Below are positions 14,476-25,958 of a stretch of DNA of 64,000 nt, piece after piece (positions within the stretch are counted from its first letter, which is position 1; each line of letters begins with the position of its first letter). Under the pieces are notes generated by a model that ran no database searches, was not told the DNA's origin, and saw only the letters and a program-made list of their open reading frames with translations. The position numbers were made by a program, and so were the translations under genes. The stretch is from Felis catus (taxonomy: Eukaryota). The stretch is taken from NCBI RefSeq assembly GCF_018350175.1, contig NC_058369.1, positions 20,028,001-20,092,000 of the forward strand. Reading direction: 5' to 3'.

Positions 14476-15297
14476 TTTCATATAATGCTTTTCATATATA
14501 TGCCCAAGGCACAGGTCTTGTTCACAAACATTAGAGTAAAAATCTGCTAAGAGGTAGTCAAAGTGAAACTTTCACTTTAGGTATATACCATTATCTATGA
14601 TTTAACCTGTGTCTCTTTTCATCTGAGAATAAGATCAGAAGTTGGTCTCTTGTGTATGCCAATGATTATTATGCTCTGACTCTTGATGTCAGACTAGAGA
14701 AAACTTTCTTTTAATTTTTTTAAAGTTTATTTATTTTTGAGAGAGAGAGCGAGCACACATGCACGCACAAGCTGGGGAGGGGCAGAGAGAGAGAGGGTGA
14801 CACAGAATCCAAAGCAGGCTCCAGGCTCTGAGCTGTCAGCACAGAGCCCGATGTGGGGCTCGAACACACAAGCTGTGAGATCATGACCTGAACCGAAGTT
14901 GGATGCTTAACTGACTGAGCCACCCAGGCGCCCCTTGAGAAAACTTTTTTAATGTTTATTTATTTTTGAGAGAGAGAAAGTAGAGAAGGGAGGGACAAAG
15001 AGAGTGGGAGAGAGAAAGAATCCCAAGTAGGTTCCATGCTGTCGGCACAGAACCTGATGGGGGGTTCAGATCCCACAAACCATGAAATCATAACCTGAGC
15101 TGAAATCAAGAGCCAGATGCTCACCTGACTGATACAGTGTCCTATAGAGTTTAGATTAAAACATTAAAAGAAATGGTCAGGTTCCTTAAGAAGATTTTTG
15201 TTTACAAGGAATTTGCCTTTTGTCTAGACCATAATGCACAGTACATAGTAGAATAGAATGACTAATGCTTCTGACATAAGTTCAAAAGAAACTTTGG
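14476..15297 (-). pseudogene. Fossil antisense gene large exon interrupted by two SINEs: ...IMV*TKGKFLVNKNLLKE...NVLI*TL*DT [SINEs] SFL*SDIKSQSIIIIGIH/TNF...LADFYSNVCEQDLCLGHIYEKHYMK
   Basis: ttctccacatgcccctccag acceptor in phase 1 (matches the upstream exon), aaa|gtatgt donor in phase 0. Motif order parallels the GT61 core (R..R.I.N..EL; SF.EQ; IG.HGAGLTN; FY.N). Several stops and frameshifts. Confidence 0.55.
14710..15132 (-). mobile_element. Two adjacent CanSINEs (about 14710-14934 and 14945-15132)
   Basis: SINE bodies and T-tails; gagaaaacttt duplicated around the first. Confidence 0.9.
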
Positions 15298-16682
15298 CTG
15301 GAGGGGCATGTGGAGAATTAAGGGGTGTAAAAATAGAAATTATAGTAGATTGGTATAGTAATTATTTATGAATTGGGTGTTTATGTTACACTTAACTATG
15401 TGCCTCCACTGTTACAGGCTCTAGAGATGGCTGTAAATAAAACACACAAAAATTGCTGCTCTCATGAAGCTCACATTCTGGTAGTGAGAATCAGTCCATA
15501 AATACAACAAATAAGTAAAGTGTATAGTATATTTGGAGAGAGAAGTCTTATTGAATAGAAAAAGTAAACTATAAGGGGGATTTTGCTATCTTGAATAAAG
15601 TCAGGATAAGCCATTCCAGAGAAGGTGAATATACCATGGGGCCATCTTCCAGAGAAAAGATCTCTTGTCTACCGTCCTCTCATCATTGGATCTCAAAATG
15701 ACTCCAAACTAATAAGGTGGAGCGAAGGGATGGAACTATAATCAGCCTTCTCACCCTTGGTCATTTAAGGATAAGTAAACTAGATGGGAGGCCTTTGCCA
15801 TAATCCAGATGAGAAACAAGGGTGGCTTGGATTTGGGCTGTCTTTTAAAGGTACAGATGTGCTGGTTTCATTTCTGGCATGGTAGAGTGTGCCCCTATCA
15901 GGCTAGCTCCTATCAGGCTAACCCCTGTTAACACTGGTTAAAAAACAAAAAACAATCACCTTAAGGTTCTGCGAAACGAACAGAAGCAGGCAGATACTGG
16001 AGGGGAGTAAAAACTTGAAGGAAGGGACCAACACAGGGTGAATTTCCTTTTTTGTGGTCTGGTCTGAGTTGTAGTCTCAGAACATTGTAGGGTAGCTAAA
16101 ACTCCAGTAGAAAGCCTCCACATTTTTAGCCTGAGGAACTAACACATGAAGCCTGGGGCAAGCATGACCAGTGCAGGGAGTCTTGGGGAGGAGAGGGGAG
16201 GAGATGGAGAATCCCAAATTCTATATATGTACACTGCCCGTGTCAGCGGGTGATCCTGAAACACAAATAGGCAAGGCAAACTCCAAGAAGCTAGCAACTA
16301 AGGCTAAAAGAAAATTGAGATTTGACCTGCCATCAATCACAGGAGAAACATTAAAGATTAAGCCTAAACAAGTTAATTCCTATTAAAACAAAAATACTAA
16401 CTAAACCTCTTAAGAAGACTATAAAAGAATCCAGTGTCACAGCATAACAATTATAATGTCCAAGATACAGCCGAAAATTATGGAATATCCAAAGAACCAC
16501 AAAAATGTAACCTATTCTCTGACAAAAAGGCAACCAACAGAAGCCAATTGTGAGAGAACTAAGGTGTTGGAATTGTCAGACAAGACTTTTAAAGCAGCTC
16601 TTATAACATGTTCAGTGAGTGAATAAATAGTAAAAACTCTCAACAGAAAAATACAAAATACTTCTTTAAATAACCAAATGGA

Positions 16683-17631
16683 AACGGACCCACAAATGTA
16701 TGGCCAACTAATCTTCGACAAAGCAGGAAAGAACAGCCAATGGAAAAAATCTCTTCAACAAATCGTGCTGGGAAAACTGGACAGTGACATGCAGAAGAAT
16801 GAAACTGGATCACTTTGCTGCACCATGCACAAAAAAAAAAAATTCAAAATGGATGAAAGACTTAAATGTAAGACAGGAAACCATCAAAATCCTAGAGGAG
16901 AAAATAAGCAGCAACCTCTTTGACCTCAGCCAGAACAACTTCTTACTAGACATATCTCCAGAGGCAAGGGAAACAAAGACAAAATGAACTATTGGGACCT
17001 CATCAAGATAAAAAAGCTTCTGCACAGTGAAGCAAGCAATCAACAAAACTAAAAGGCAACCTACAGAATGGTAGAAGATATTTGCAAATGACATATTGGA
17101 TAAAGGGTTAGTATCCAAAATCTATAAAGAACCTAGCAAATTCAACACCCAGAAACCAAATAATCCAGTGAAGAAATGGACAGAAGACATGAGTAGACAC
17201 TTTTCTAAAGAAGACATCCAGATGGCTAACATACACATGAATAGTTCCTTGACATCACTCATCATCAGAGAAATACAAATCAAAACCACACTGAGATACC
17301 ACCTTACACCTGTCAAAATGGCTAAAATAAGCAACTCAGGAAACAACAGATGCTGGCGAGGATGCAGAGAAAGGGGAACCCTTTTGCACTGTTGGTGGGA
17401 ATGCAAACAGGTGCAGCCACTCTGGAAAACAGTATAGAGGTGCCTCAAAAAATTAAAAATAGAACTATCCTATGGCCCAGAAATTGCACAACTAGAGACT
17501 TATCCAAAGGATACAATACTGAGTCGAAGGGACACGTGCACCCCAATGTTTATAGCAGCACTATCAATAATAGCCAAATTGTGGAAAGAACCCAAATGTC
17601 TATCAACTGATGAATGGATAAAGAAGATGTG

Positions 17632-17680
<49 letters not shown>

Positions 17681-18103
17681 CACACATACGTGCATATATA
17701 CATACGTAATGGAATATTACTCCACAATCAAGAAGAATGAAATCTTGCCATTTGCGACAACGTGGATGGGATGGAACTAGAGTGTACTGTGCTAAGCGAA
17801 ACAAGTCAGAGAAAGATAAATACCCTAAGATTTCACTCATATGTGGAATTTAAGAAACACAACAGATGAACATAGCAGAAGGGAAGGAAAAACAAGATAA
17901 AAACAGAGAGGGAGGCAAACCATAAGACTCTTAGAGAACAAACTGAGGGTTTCTGGAGGGAGTTGCGTGGGGGAGAGGGCTAAATGGTTGATGTGCATTT
18001 AGGAGGGCACTTGTCGGGATGAGCACTGGGTGTTACATGTAAGCAAATTCTCGTGAAACCAATACTACACTGTATGTTAACTAACTTGAATTCAAATTAA
18101 AAA
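16683..18103 (+). mobile_element. 5'-truncated L1
   Basis: TSD aaataaccaaatgga at 16668-16682 and 18104-18118. Confidence 0.92.
17634..17677. repeat. (TG)n microsatellite inside an L1
   Basis: Perfect TG run replacing the L1 tatatata site. Confidence 0.95.
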
Positions 18104-19730
18104 AAATAACCAAATGGAGATTTTAGAACTGAAAAATATATCTATATTAAGAATATCTGATAAAAAAAATACATCTGGATGAGGTTAATTGAACCATGAG
18201 ATGACATGAAAATATCTCTGGATGAGGTTAATTGAACCATGAGATGAGAATCAGTGAATATAAAGACCAGTATGAATTATCCAGTCTAAAGAGAAAAAAA
18301 ATATTGAAACAAAGCAAAATAAACAACAAAACCTTATGGTGACAATTTCAAAAAAGACTCATACTGGAATTTCACAAGGAAACAGGAAGAAGAATGGGTC
18401 CGAGAAAACATTTGAAGAAATAACGGCAAATAACTTCAACAAATTTTGCGAAAGACATAAATTTACAGATTCAAGAAACCCATCAAACACAAAACAGGAT
18501 AAATATGACACATCATTGTCTAACTACTTAAAACCAATACAAAGGAAAATCTTAAAAGCAGCTAGTAAAAATGACACATTGCATACAGGGTAACAACAAT
18601 TCAAGTGATCATGGGCTTTTTATCAGAAACTATAGCGACCAGAAGACAGTAGAAAACATCTTTACAGTGTTGAAGGAAAGAACTTAGAAGTGATGAGAGA
18701 AGATGGCAGCATAGGAGGACACTGGGCTTACCGCATCCTACTGATCACTTAGATTCCACCCACATTTGCCTAAATAACCCAGAAAACCACCAGAAGACTA
18801 GCAGAATGGACTCTCCCGAGCTAAGCATAGACAAGAGGCCCACGGAAGAGGGTAGGAAGGGTGGAGAGGTGGTGCATGCTACAGGGACTGGCAGGAGGGA
18901 GCTGGGGCAGTGGAGGGACAGCCCGCCCGGCAAGGCAGAGCCCCCGAGTCTGGTTTGCAAAAGTGGAGGGGCCGGACTGCGTGAGTTCTGACAGCCAGCA
19001 GGACTTAACATCTGGAATGTTATAAGACAACAGCTCTGCTCAGAGAGCGGGAGGGCGAGAGGACACCGGGAGGGAGAGTTGTTGAGCCCCAGAAGACAGA
19101 GCTCAGCTCAGCAGGGAACAAAGGCACTGGCCAGCGTCATCTCCCTCACCCATCCCCCAGCCAAAATCCCAAAGGGAACCAGTTTCTGTCACCAAACTTG
19201 CTTGCACCGCGAAAACACCCAACACTGTGCTTCTGTGGACCCGTCCCTCCAACAGGTCTGCCTGCCTCCCTCCCAGTGCTGCAGGGCCCCTCCCGCAGGG
19301 GACCACGGACAACAAAGCGAGCTAAATCTGCCCCTCCCGCCCCTGTGGACCTTGCAGATCCACCCCGGCTAATACACCAGATCCCATAGAAGCACTACCA
19401 CAAGCCTGGAAGACTGCAAGTAGCCCAGATGGGCCACACTACTCCACAGTAAGTCCTGCCCCTGGGAGAGGGGAAGATAAGGTACACACCAGTCTGACTG
19501 TGGCCCCAGTGGTGGGCTGGGGGCAGACCTCCGGTTTGACTGCGCCCCCCCCCCCATCAACACAAGTTACTCCAGACAGCACAAAGGAAGTGCCCTGCAG
19601 TTCCACACCGCTCCAGGGACTATCCAAAATGACAAAACGGAAGAATTCTCCTCCAAAGAAACTCTACGAAGTAGCGACAGCCAACGAATTGATCAAAAAC
19701 GATTTAAGCAATATAACAGAACATGAATTT

Positions 19731-19951
19731 ATTTTTAAAATTTTTTTTCAACATTTATTTATTTTTGGGACAAAGAGAGACAGAGCATGAACGGGGGAGG
19801 GGCAGAGAGAGGGGGAGACACAGAATCGGAAACAGGCTCCAGGCTCTGAGCCATCAGCCCAGAGCCTGATGCGGGGCTCGAACTCACGGACCGCGAGATC
19901 GTGACCTGGCTGAAGTCGGACGCTTAACCGACTGCGCCACCCAGGCGCCCC
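19731..19951 (-). mobile_element. Young CpG-rich SINEC_Fc-type SINE inserted into ORF1 of the full-length L1
   Basis: TSD taacagaacatgaattt at 19714-19730 and 19952-19968. Confidence 0.95.
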
Positions 19952-20687
19952 TAACAGAACATGAATTTAAAATAATAGGCATAAAATTCATCGCTGGGCT
20001 TGAAAAAGGTATAGAGGACAGGAGAATCTATTGCTACAGAGATCAAGGGACTAAGACACGGTCATGAGGAGCTAAAAAATGCTATAAATGAGTTGCAAAA
20101 TAAAATGGAGGTGACCACAGCTCGGATTGAAGAGGCAGAGGAGAGAATAGGTGAATTGGAAGATAAAATTATGGAAAAAGAGGAAGCTGAGAAAAAGAGA
20201 GATAAAAAAAATCCAGGAGTATGTGGGGAGAATTATAGAACTAAGTGATGCAATGAAACACAACAATATCCGTATAATAGGGATTCCAGAGGAGGAAGAG
20301 AGAGAGCAAGGTGCTGAAGGTGTACTTGAACAAATCATACCTGAGAACTTCCCTGATCTGGGGAAGGAAAAAGGCATTGAAATGCAAGAGGCACAGAGAA
20401 CTCCCTTCAGACATAACTCAATACGATCTTCTGCGCAACATATCAGTGTGAAACTGGCAAAATACAAGGATAAAGAGAAAATTCTGAAAGCAGCTAGGGA
20501 TAAACATGCTCTAACATATAAAGGGAGACCAATAAGACTAGTGACAGATATATCTACTGAAACTTGGCAGGCCAGAAAGGAATGGCAGGAAATCTTCAAT
20601 GTGATGAACAGAAAAAAATATGCAGCCGAGAATCCTTTATCCAGCAAGTCTGTCATTTAGAATAGAAGGAGAGATAAAGGTCTTCCC

Positions 20688-20723
20688 AAACAAACAAACA
20701 AACAAACAAACAAACAAACAAAC
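20688..20723 (+). repeat. (AAAC)n expansion within L1 ORF1
   Basis: About 9 AAAC units. Confidence 0.9.
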
Positions 20724-23700
20724 ACTGAAGGATTTCATCACCACTAAACCAGCCCTATGAGAGATCCTAAGGGGAATTCTGTGAGTGAAATGTTGCAAGG
20801 ACCACAAAGTACCAGAGACATCACTACAAGCATGAAACCTATAGACATCACAATGACTCTAAACCCAATCTTTCTATAATAACACTGAATGGAAATGGAC
20901 TAAATGCTCCAACCAAAAGACATAGAGTATCAGAATGGATAGAAAAACAAGACCCATCTATTTGCTGTCTACAAGAGACTCATTTTAGACCTGAGGACAC
21001 CTTCAGATTGAAAGTGAGGAGATGGAGAACTATCTATCATGCTACTGGAAGTCAAAAGAAAGCTGAAGTAGCCATACTTATATCAGACAAACTAGACTTT
21101 AAATTAAAGGCTGTAACAAGAGATGAAAAAGGGCATTATATAATAATTACAGGGTCTATCCATCACGAAGAGTTAACAATTATAAATGTCTATGTGCCAA
21201 ATATGGGAGCCCCCGAATATATAAAACAATCACAAATATAACCAATATTATTGATAAGAATGTGGTAATTGCAGGGGACTTTAATACTCCACTTACAACA
21301 ATGGACAGATCATCTAGACACAGGATCAATAAAGAAACAAATAAAGAAACAATGATACATTGAATCAGATGGACTTGACAGATATATCTAGAACGCTGCA
21401 TCCCAAAGCAATAGAATATACTTTCTTCTCCAGTGCACGTGCAACATTCTCCAAGATAGATCAGACACTGGGTCACAAATCAGCCCTTCATAAGTATACA
21501 AGAATTGAGATCATACCATGCATACTTTCGGACCACAATGCTATGAAGCTTGAAATCAACCACGGGAAAAAGTCTGGAAAACCTCCAAAAGCATAGAGGT
21601 TAAAGAACACCCTACTAAAGAATGAATGGGTCAACCAGGCAATTAGAGAAGAAATTTAAAAATATATGGAAACAAATGAAAATGAAAATACAACAATCCA
21701 AACGCTTTGGGATGCAGCAAAGGCAGTCCTGAGAGGAAAATACATTGTAATCCAGGCCTATCTCAAGAAACAAGAAAAATCCCAAATACAAAATCTAACA
21801 GCACACCTAAAGGAAATAGAAGCAGAACAGCACAAACCCAGCAGAAGAAGACACCCCAAACCCAGCAGAAGAAGAGAAATAATAAAGGTCAGAGCAGAAA
21901 TAATATAGAATCTAAAAAAACTGTAGAGCAGATCAACGAAACCAAGAGTTGTTTTTTTTGAAAAAATAAAATTGATAAACCTCTAGCCAAGCTTCTCAAA
22001 AAGAAGAGGGAGAGGACCCAAGGATAAAATCATGAATGAAATGGAATTATTACAACCAATCCCTCAGAGATACAAGCAGTTATCAGGGAATACTATGAAA
22101 AATTATAAGCCAACAAACTGGAAAACCTGGAAGAAACGGACAAATTCCTAAGCACCCACACACTTCCAAAACTCAAACAGGAAGAAATAGAAAACTTGAA
22201 CAGACCCATAACCAGTGAAGAAATGGAATCCGTTATCAAAAATCTCCCAACAAATAAGAGTCCAGGACCAGATGGCTTCCCTGGGGAATTCTACCAGACA
22301 TTTAAAGCAGAGATAATACCTATCCTTTTCAAGCTATACCAAAAAATAGAAAGGGAAGGAAAACTTCCAGACTCATTCTAAGAAGCCAGCATTACTTTGA
22401 TTCCTAAACCAGAGACCCAGTAAAAAAAGAGAACTACAGGCCAATATCCCTGATGAATATGGATGCAAAAACTCTCAATAAGATACTAGCAAGTCGAATT
22501 CAACAGCATATAAAAAGAATTATACACCATGATCAAATGGGGTTCATTCCTGGGATGCAGGGCTGGTTCAACATTCGCAAATCAATCAACGTGATACATC
22601 ACATTAATAACAGATAAGAACCATATGATCCTGGCAATCAATGCAGAAAAAGCATTTGACAAAATTCAGCATCTTTCTTAATAAAAACCCTCAAGAAAGT
22701 CGGGATAGAAGGAATACTCAAACATCACAAAAGCCATTTATGAAAAGGCCACAGCTACTATCATCTTCAATGGGAAAAAACTGAGAGCTTTCTCCCTGAG
22801 ATCAGGAACACGACAGAGATGTCCACTCTCACCGCTGTTCTTTAACATAGTGTTGGAAGTGCTAGCATCAGCAATCAGACAACAAAAGGAAATCAAAGGC
22901 ATCAAAATTGGCAAAGATGAAGTCAAGCTTTCACTTTTTGCAGATGACATGATATTATACATGGAAAACCCAACAGACTCCACCAAGTCTGCTAGAACTG
23001 ATACCTGAATTCAGGAGAGTCGCAGGATACAAAATCAATGTACAGAAATCAGTTGCATTCTTATACACTAATAATGAAGCAACAGAAAGACAAATAAAGA
23101 AATTAATCCCATTCACAATTGCACCAAGAAGCATAAAATACCTAGGAATAAACCTAACCAAAGATGTAAAAGATCTGTCTGCTGGAAACTATAGAAAGCT
23201 TATGAAGGAAATGGAAGAAGATATAAAGAAATGGAAAAACATTCCATGCTCATGGATTGGAAGACTAAATATTGTCAAAATGTCAATACTACCCAAAGCT
23301 ATCTATACATTCAATGCAATCCCAATCAAAATTGCACCAGCATTCTTCTCGAAGCTAGAACAAGCAATCCTAAAATTTGTTTGGAACCACAAAAGACCCC
23401 GAATAGCCAAAGTAATATTGAAGAAGACTAAAGTGGAAGACATCACAATCCCAGACTTTAACCTCTACTACAAAGCTGTAATCATCAAGACAGCATGGTA
23501 TTGACACAAAAACAGACACGTAGACCAATGGAATAGAATAGAGACTCCAGAATTGGACCCACAAAAGTATGGCCACAACTAATCTTTGACAAAGCAGGAA
23601 AGAATATCCAATGGAAAAAAGACAGTCTCTTTAACAAATGGTGCTGGGAGAGCTGGACAGCAACATGCAGAAGAATGAAACTAGACCACTTTCTTACACC

Positions 23701-25493
23701 ATTCACAAAAACAAACTCAAAATGGATAAAGGACCTGAATGTGAGACAGGAAACCATCAAAACCCTAGAGGAAAAAGCAGGAAAAAAAACTCTCTGACCT
23801 CAACCACAGCAGTTTCTTACTTGACACATCTCGAAAGGCAAGGGAATTAAAAGCAAAAATGAACTATTGGGACCTCATGAAGATAAAAAGCTTCTGCACT
23901 GCAAAGGAAACAGTCAACAAAACTAAAAGCCAACCGACGAAATGAGAAAAGATATTTGCAAATGACATATCAGACAAAGGGCTAGTATCCAAAATCTATA
24001 AAGAGCTCACCAAACTCCACACCTGAAAAGCAAATAATCCAATGAATAATTGGGCAGAAAACATGAATAGACACTTCTCTAAAGAAGACATCCGGATGGC
24101 CAACAGGCACATGAAAAGATGCTCAACGTCACTCCTCCTCAGGGAAATACAAATCAAAACCACACTCAGGTATCACCTCACGCCAGACAGAGTGGCTAAA
24201 ATGAACAAATCAGGAGACTATAGATGCTGGCAAGGACGTGGAGAAACAGGAACCCTCTTGCACTATTGGTGGGAATGCAAACTGGTGCAGCCGCTCTGGA
24301 AAACAGCATGGAGATTCCTCAAAAAATTAAAAATAGACCTACCCTATGACTCAGCAATAGCACTGCTAGGAATTTACCCAAGGGATACAGGAGTGCTGAT
24401 GCATAGGGGCACTTGGACCCCAATGTTTATAGCAGCACTTTCAACAATAGCCAAATTATGGAAAGAGCCTTAATGTCCATCAATTGATGAATGGATAAAG
24501 AAATTGTGATTTATATATACAATGGAATACTACTTGGTGATGAGAAAGAATGAAATCTAGCCTTTTGTCACAACATGGATGGAACTGGAGAGTGTTATGC
24601 TAAGTGAAATAAGTCATACAGAGAAAGATACCATATGTTTTCACTCCTATGTGGATCCTGAGAAACTTAACAGAAGACCATGGGGGAGGGGAAGAAAAAA
24701 AAAGAGATTAGAGAGGGAGGGAGGCAAAACATAAGAGACTCTTAAAAACTGAGAACAAACAGGGTTGATGGGGGGTGGAGGGAGGGGAGGGTGGGTGATG
24801 GGTATTGACGAGGGCACCTGCTGGAACGAACACTGGGTGTTGTATGGAAACCAATTTGACAATTAATTTTATTAAACAATAAAATAAAAATAAATTAAAA
24901 AATAAAAAAGTGTTGAAAGCCAAACACAGAATTATATATCTGGTGAAAAAAATTTCAAGAATAAAGATGAAATGAAGATATTTTCAAATAAAAGAAAAGT
25001 AAGAGAATATGTCACCAGTAGAATTGTATTTCAAAATATGCTAACGGCAGCTAACTGGTTCTCCAGGCTAAAAGAAAGAATTAGAGGGAAACCCAGATTT
25101 TCAGGAATGATTGAAGAGCACTGGAAATGGTAAATATATGGGTAAATATAAAAGTCGATATACACATGCTAATTCCTCCCTCACTTCTTTTTTAGAGGAT
25201 TATATGTGCAAACAAAAATGTTACAGAGCCTGCAGTGAACTGGTAACAGTTATTAAATGAACTAATGACTTGTTTTAAACTCTGAAGATGGACTTCCAGC
25301 ATCAAGTCTACAGTTGCAAAAATGACTTTGTGTAGAATCTAGATTAATCCAAATAAAGGCATTCTCTTCTTTGCCCCATTTCTACTCCTGCCTCAAGGCC
25401 AAAGCCACAGGTAGAGTGATTCAGGCAGGTTAGCCACTCCCACTCCTATCCCAGCATGTACTTGGCTGCACACCTTGGACTGCTCATCCCCAC

Positions 25494-25608
25494 CAGTTGC
25501 TAGTCAATGGAAGACGGTTCTCAAAGGATCCACTGTTCCATCCTGGTCCAACAGATCATTTAAATAGCTGCTGTAGTCTTCTCAAATACAGCTACTGCAG
25601 ATCACAAT
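25494..25608 (-). pseudogene. Fossil antisense gene exon (115 bp): IVICSSCI*EDYSSYLNDLLDQDGTVDPLRTVFH*LAT
   Basis: ctttctgctggctctaaag acceptor, g|gtgggg donor, phase 0 to 1. Both stops are TGA, compatible with CGA decay or TGG loss. Confidence 0.6.
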
Positions 25609-25699
25609 CTTTAGAGCCAGCAGAAAGCCAGTAGAAAGTGCCAGAGATTTCAGGGCCCAGGTTGGGATATCCATTGATCACCACTAAGGTCTTTGTTGA

Positions 25700-25890
25700 A
25701 GGGAAAAAAAAAGAGACATTTGTTAAAGACAGTAAGGCAGACTTTCTTCAGGATATTGTGATGGGTTTAAGGACCACCGCAATAGGATTTTGTTGTAGAG
25801 GAGAGAGATTGGGTTCAACTACAATTACATCAAGGAAAAGTGGGAATTTATGACCAAAGAGCAGGGTTGGGAGTCAGTGGATAGAAAAAT
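25700..25890. mobile_element. Probable ERV LTR fragment
   Basis: Resembles an ERV1-class LTR end (tgttaaagacagtaaggcagactt…); family not determined. Confidence 0.45.
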
Positions 25891-25958
25891 CACATTGAGA
25901 CACAATGACAACCACTGAATTTGAAGATCATCTAGGGAGGTTTTAAATGATGTGGTTT

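Larger units (their letters stand above)
15870..18680 (+). mobile_element. Old L1 5'UTR/ORF1 relic (continues at about 24910-25150), interrupted by younger L1s
   Basis: Degenerate ORF1 motifs (KTFEEITANNF…, ILKAA…). Confidence 0.7.
18690..24908 (+). mobile_element. Full-length but inactivated L1 (felid L1_Fc-like): 5'UTR, ORF1, ORF2 (EN/RT), 3'UTR, poly(A)
   Basis: GC-rich 5'UTR. ORF1 ATG at 19629 to about 20784. ORF2 from about 20853 with EN and RT fragments (…ttttgcagatgacatg = FADD) and many frameshifts. G-rich 3'UTR and A-tail. Imperfect TSD agtgttgaa. Inserted into an older L1 ORF1. Confidence 0.95.

Noticed and set aside
15635..15720. Minus-strand exon-like piece (…EIFSGRWPH…) as part of the fossil gene
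   Set aside because: It lies between two collinear L2-like fragments and is out of order relative to the motif chain, so it is probably degenerate L2.
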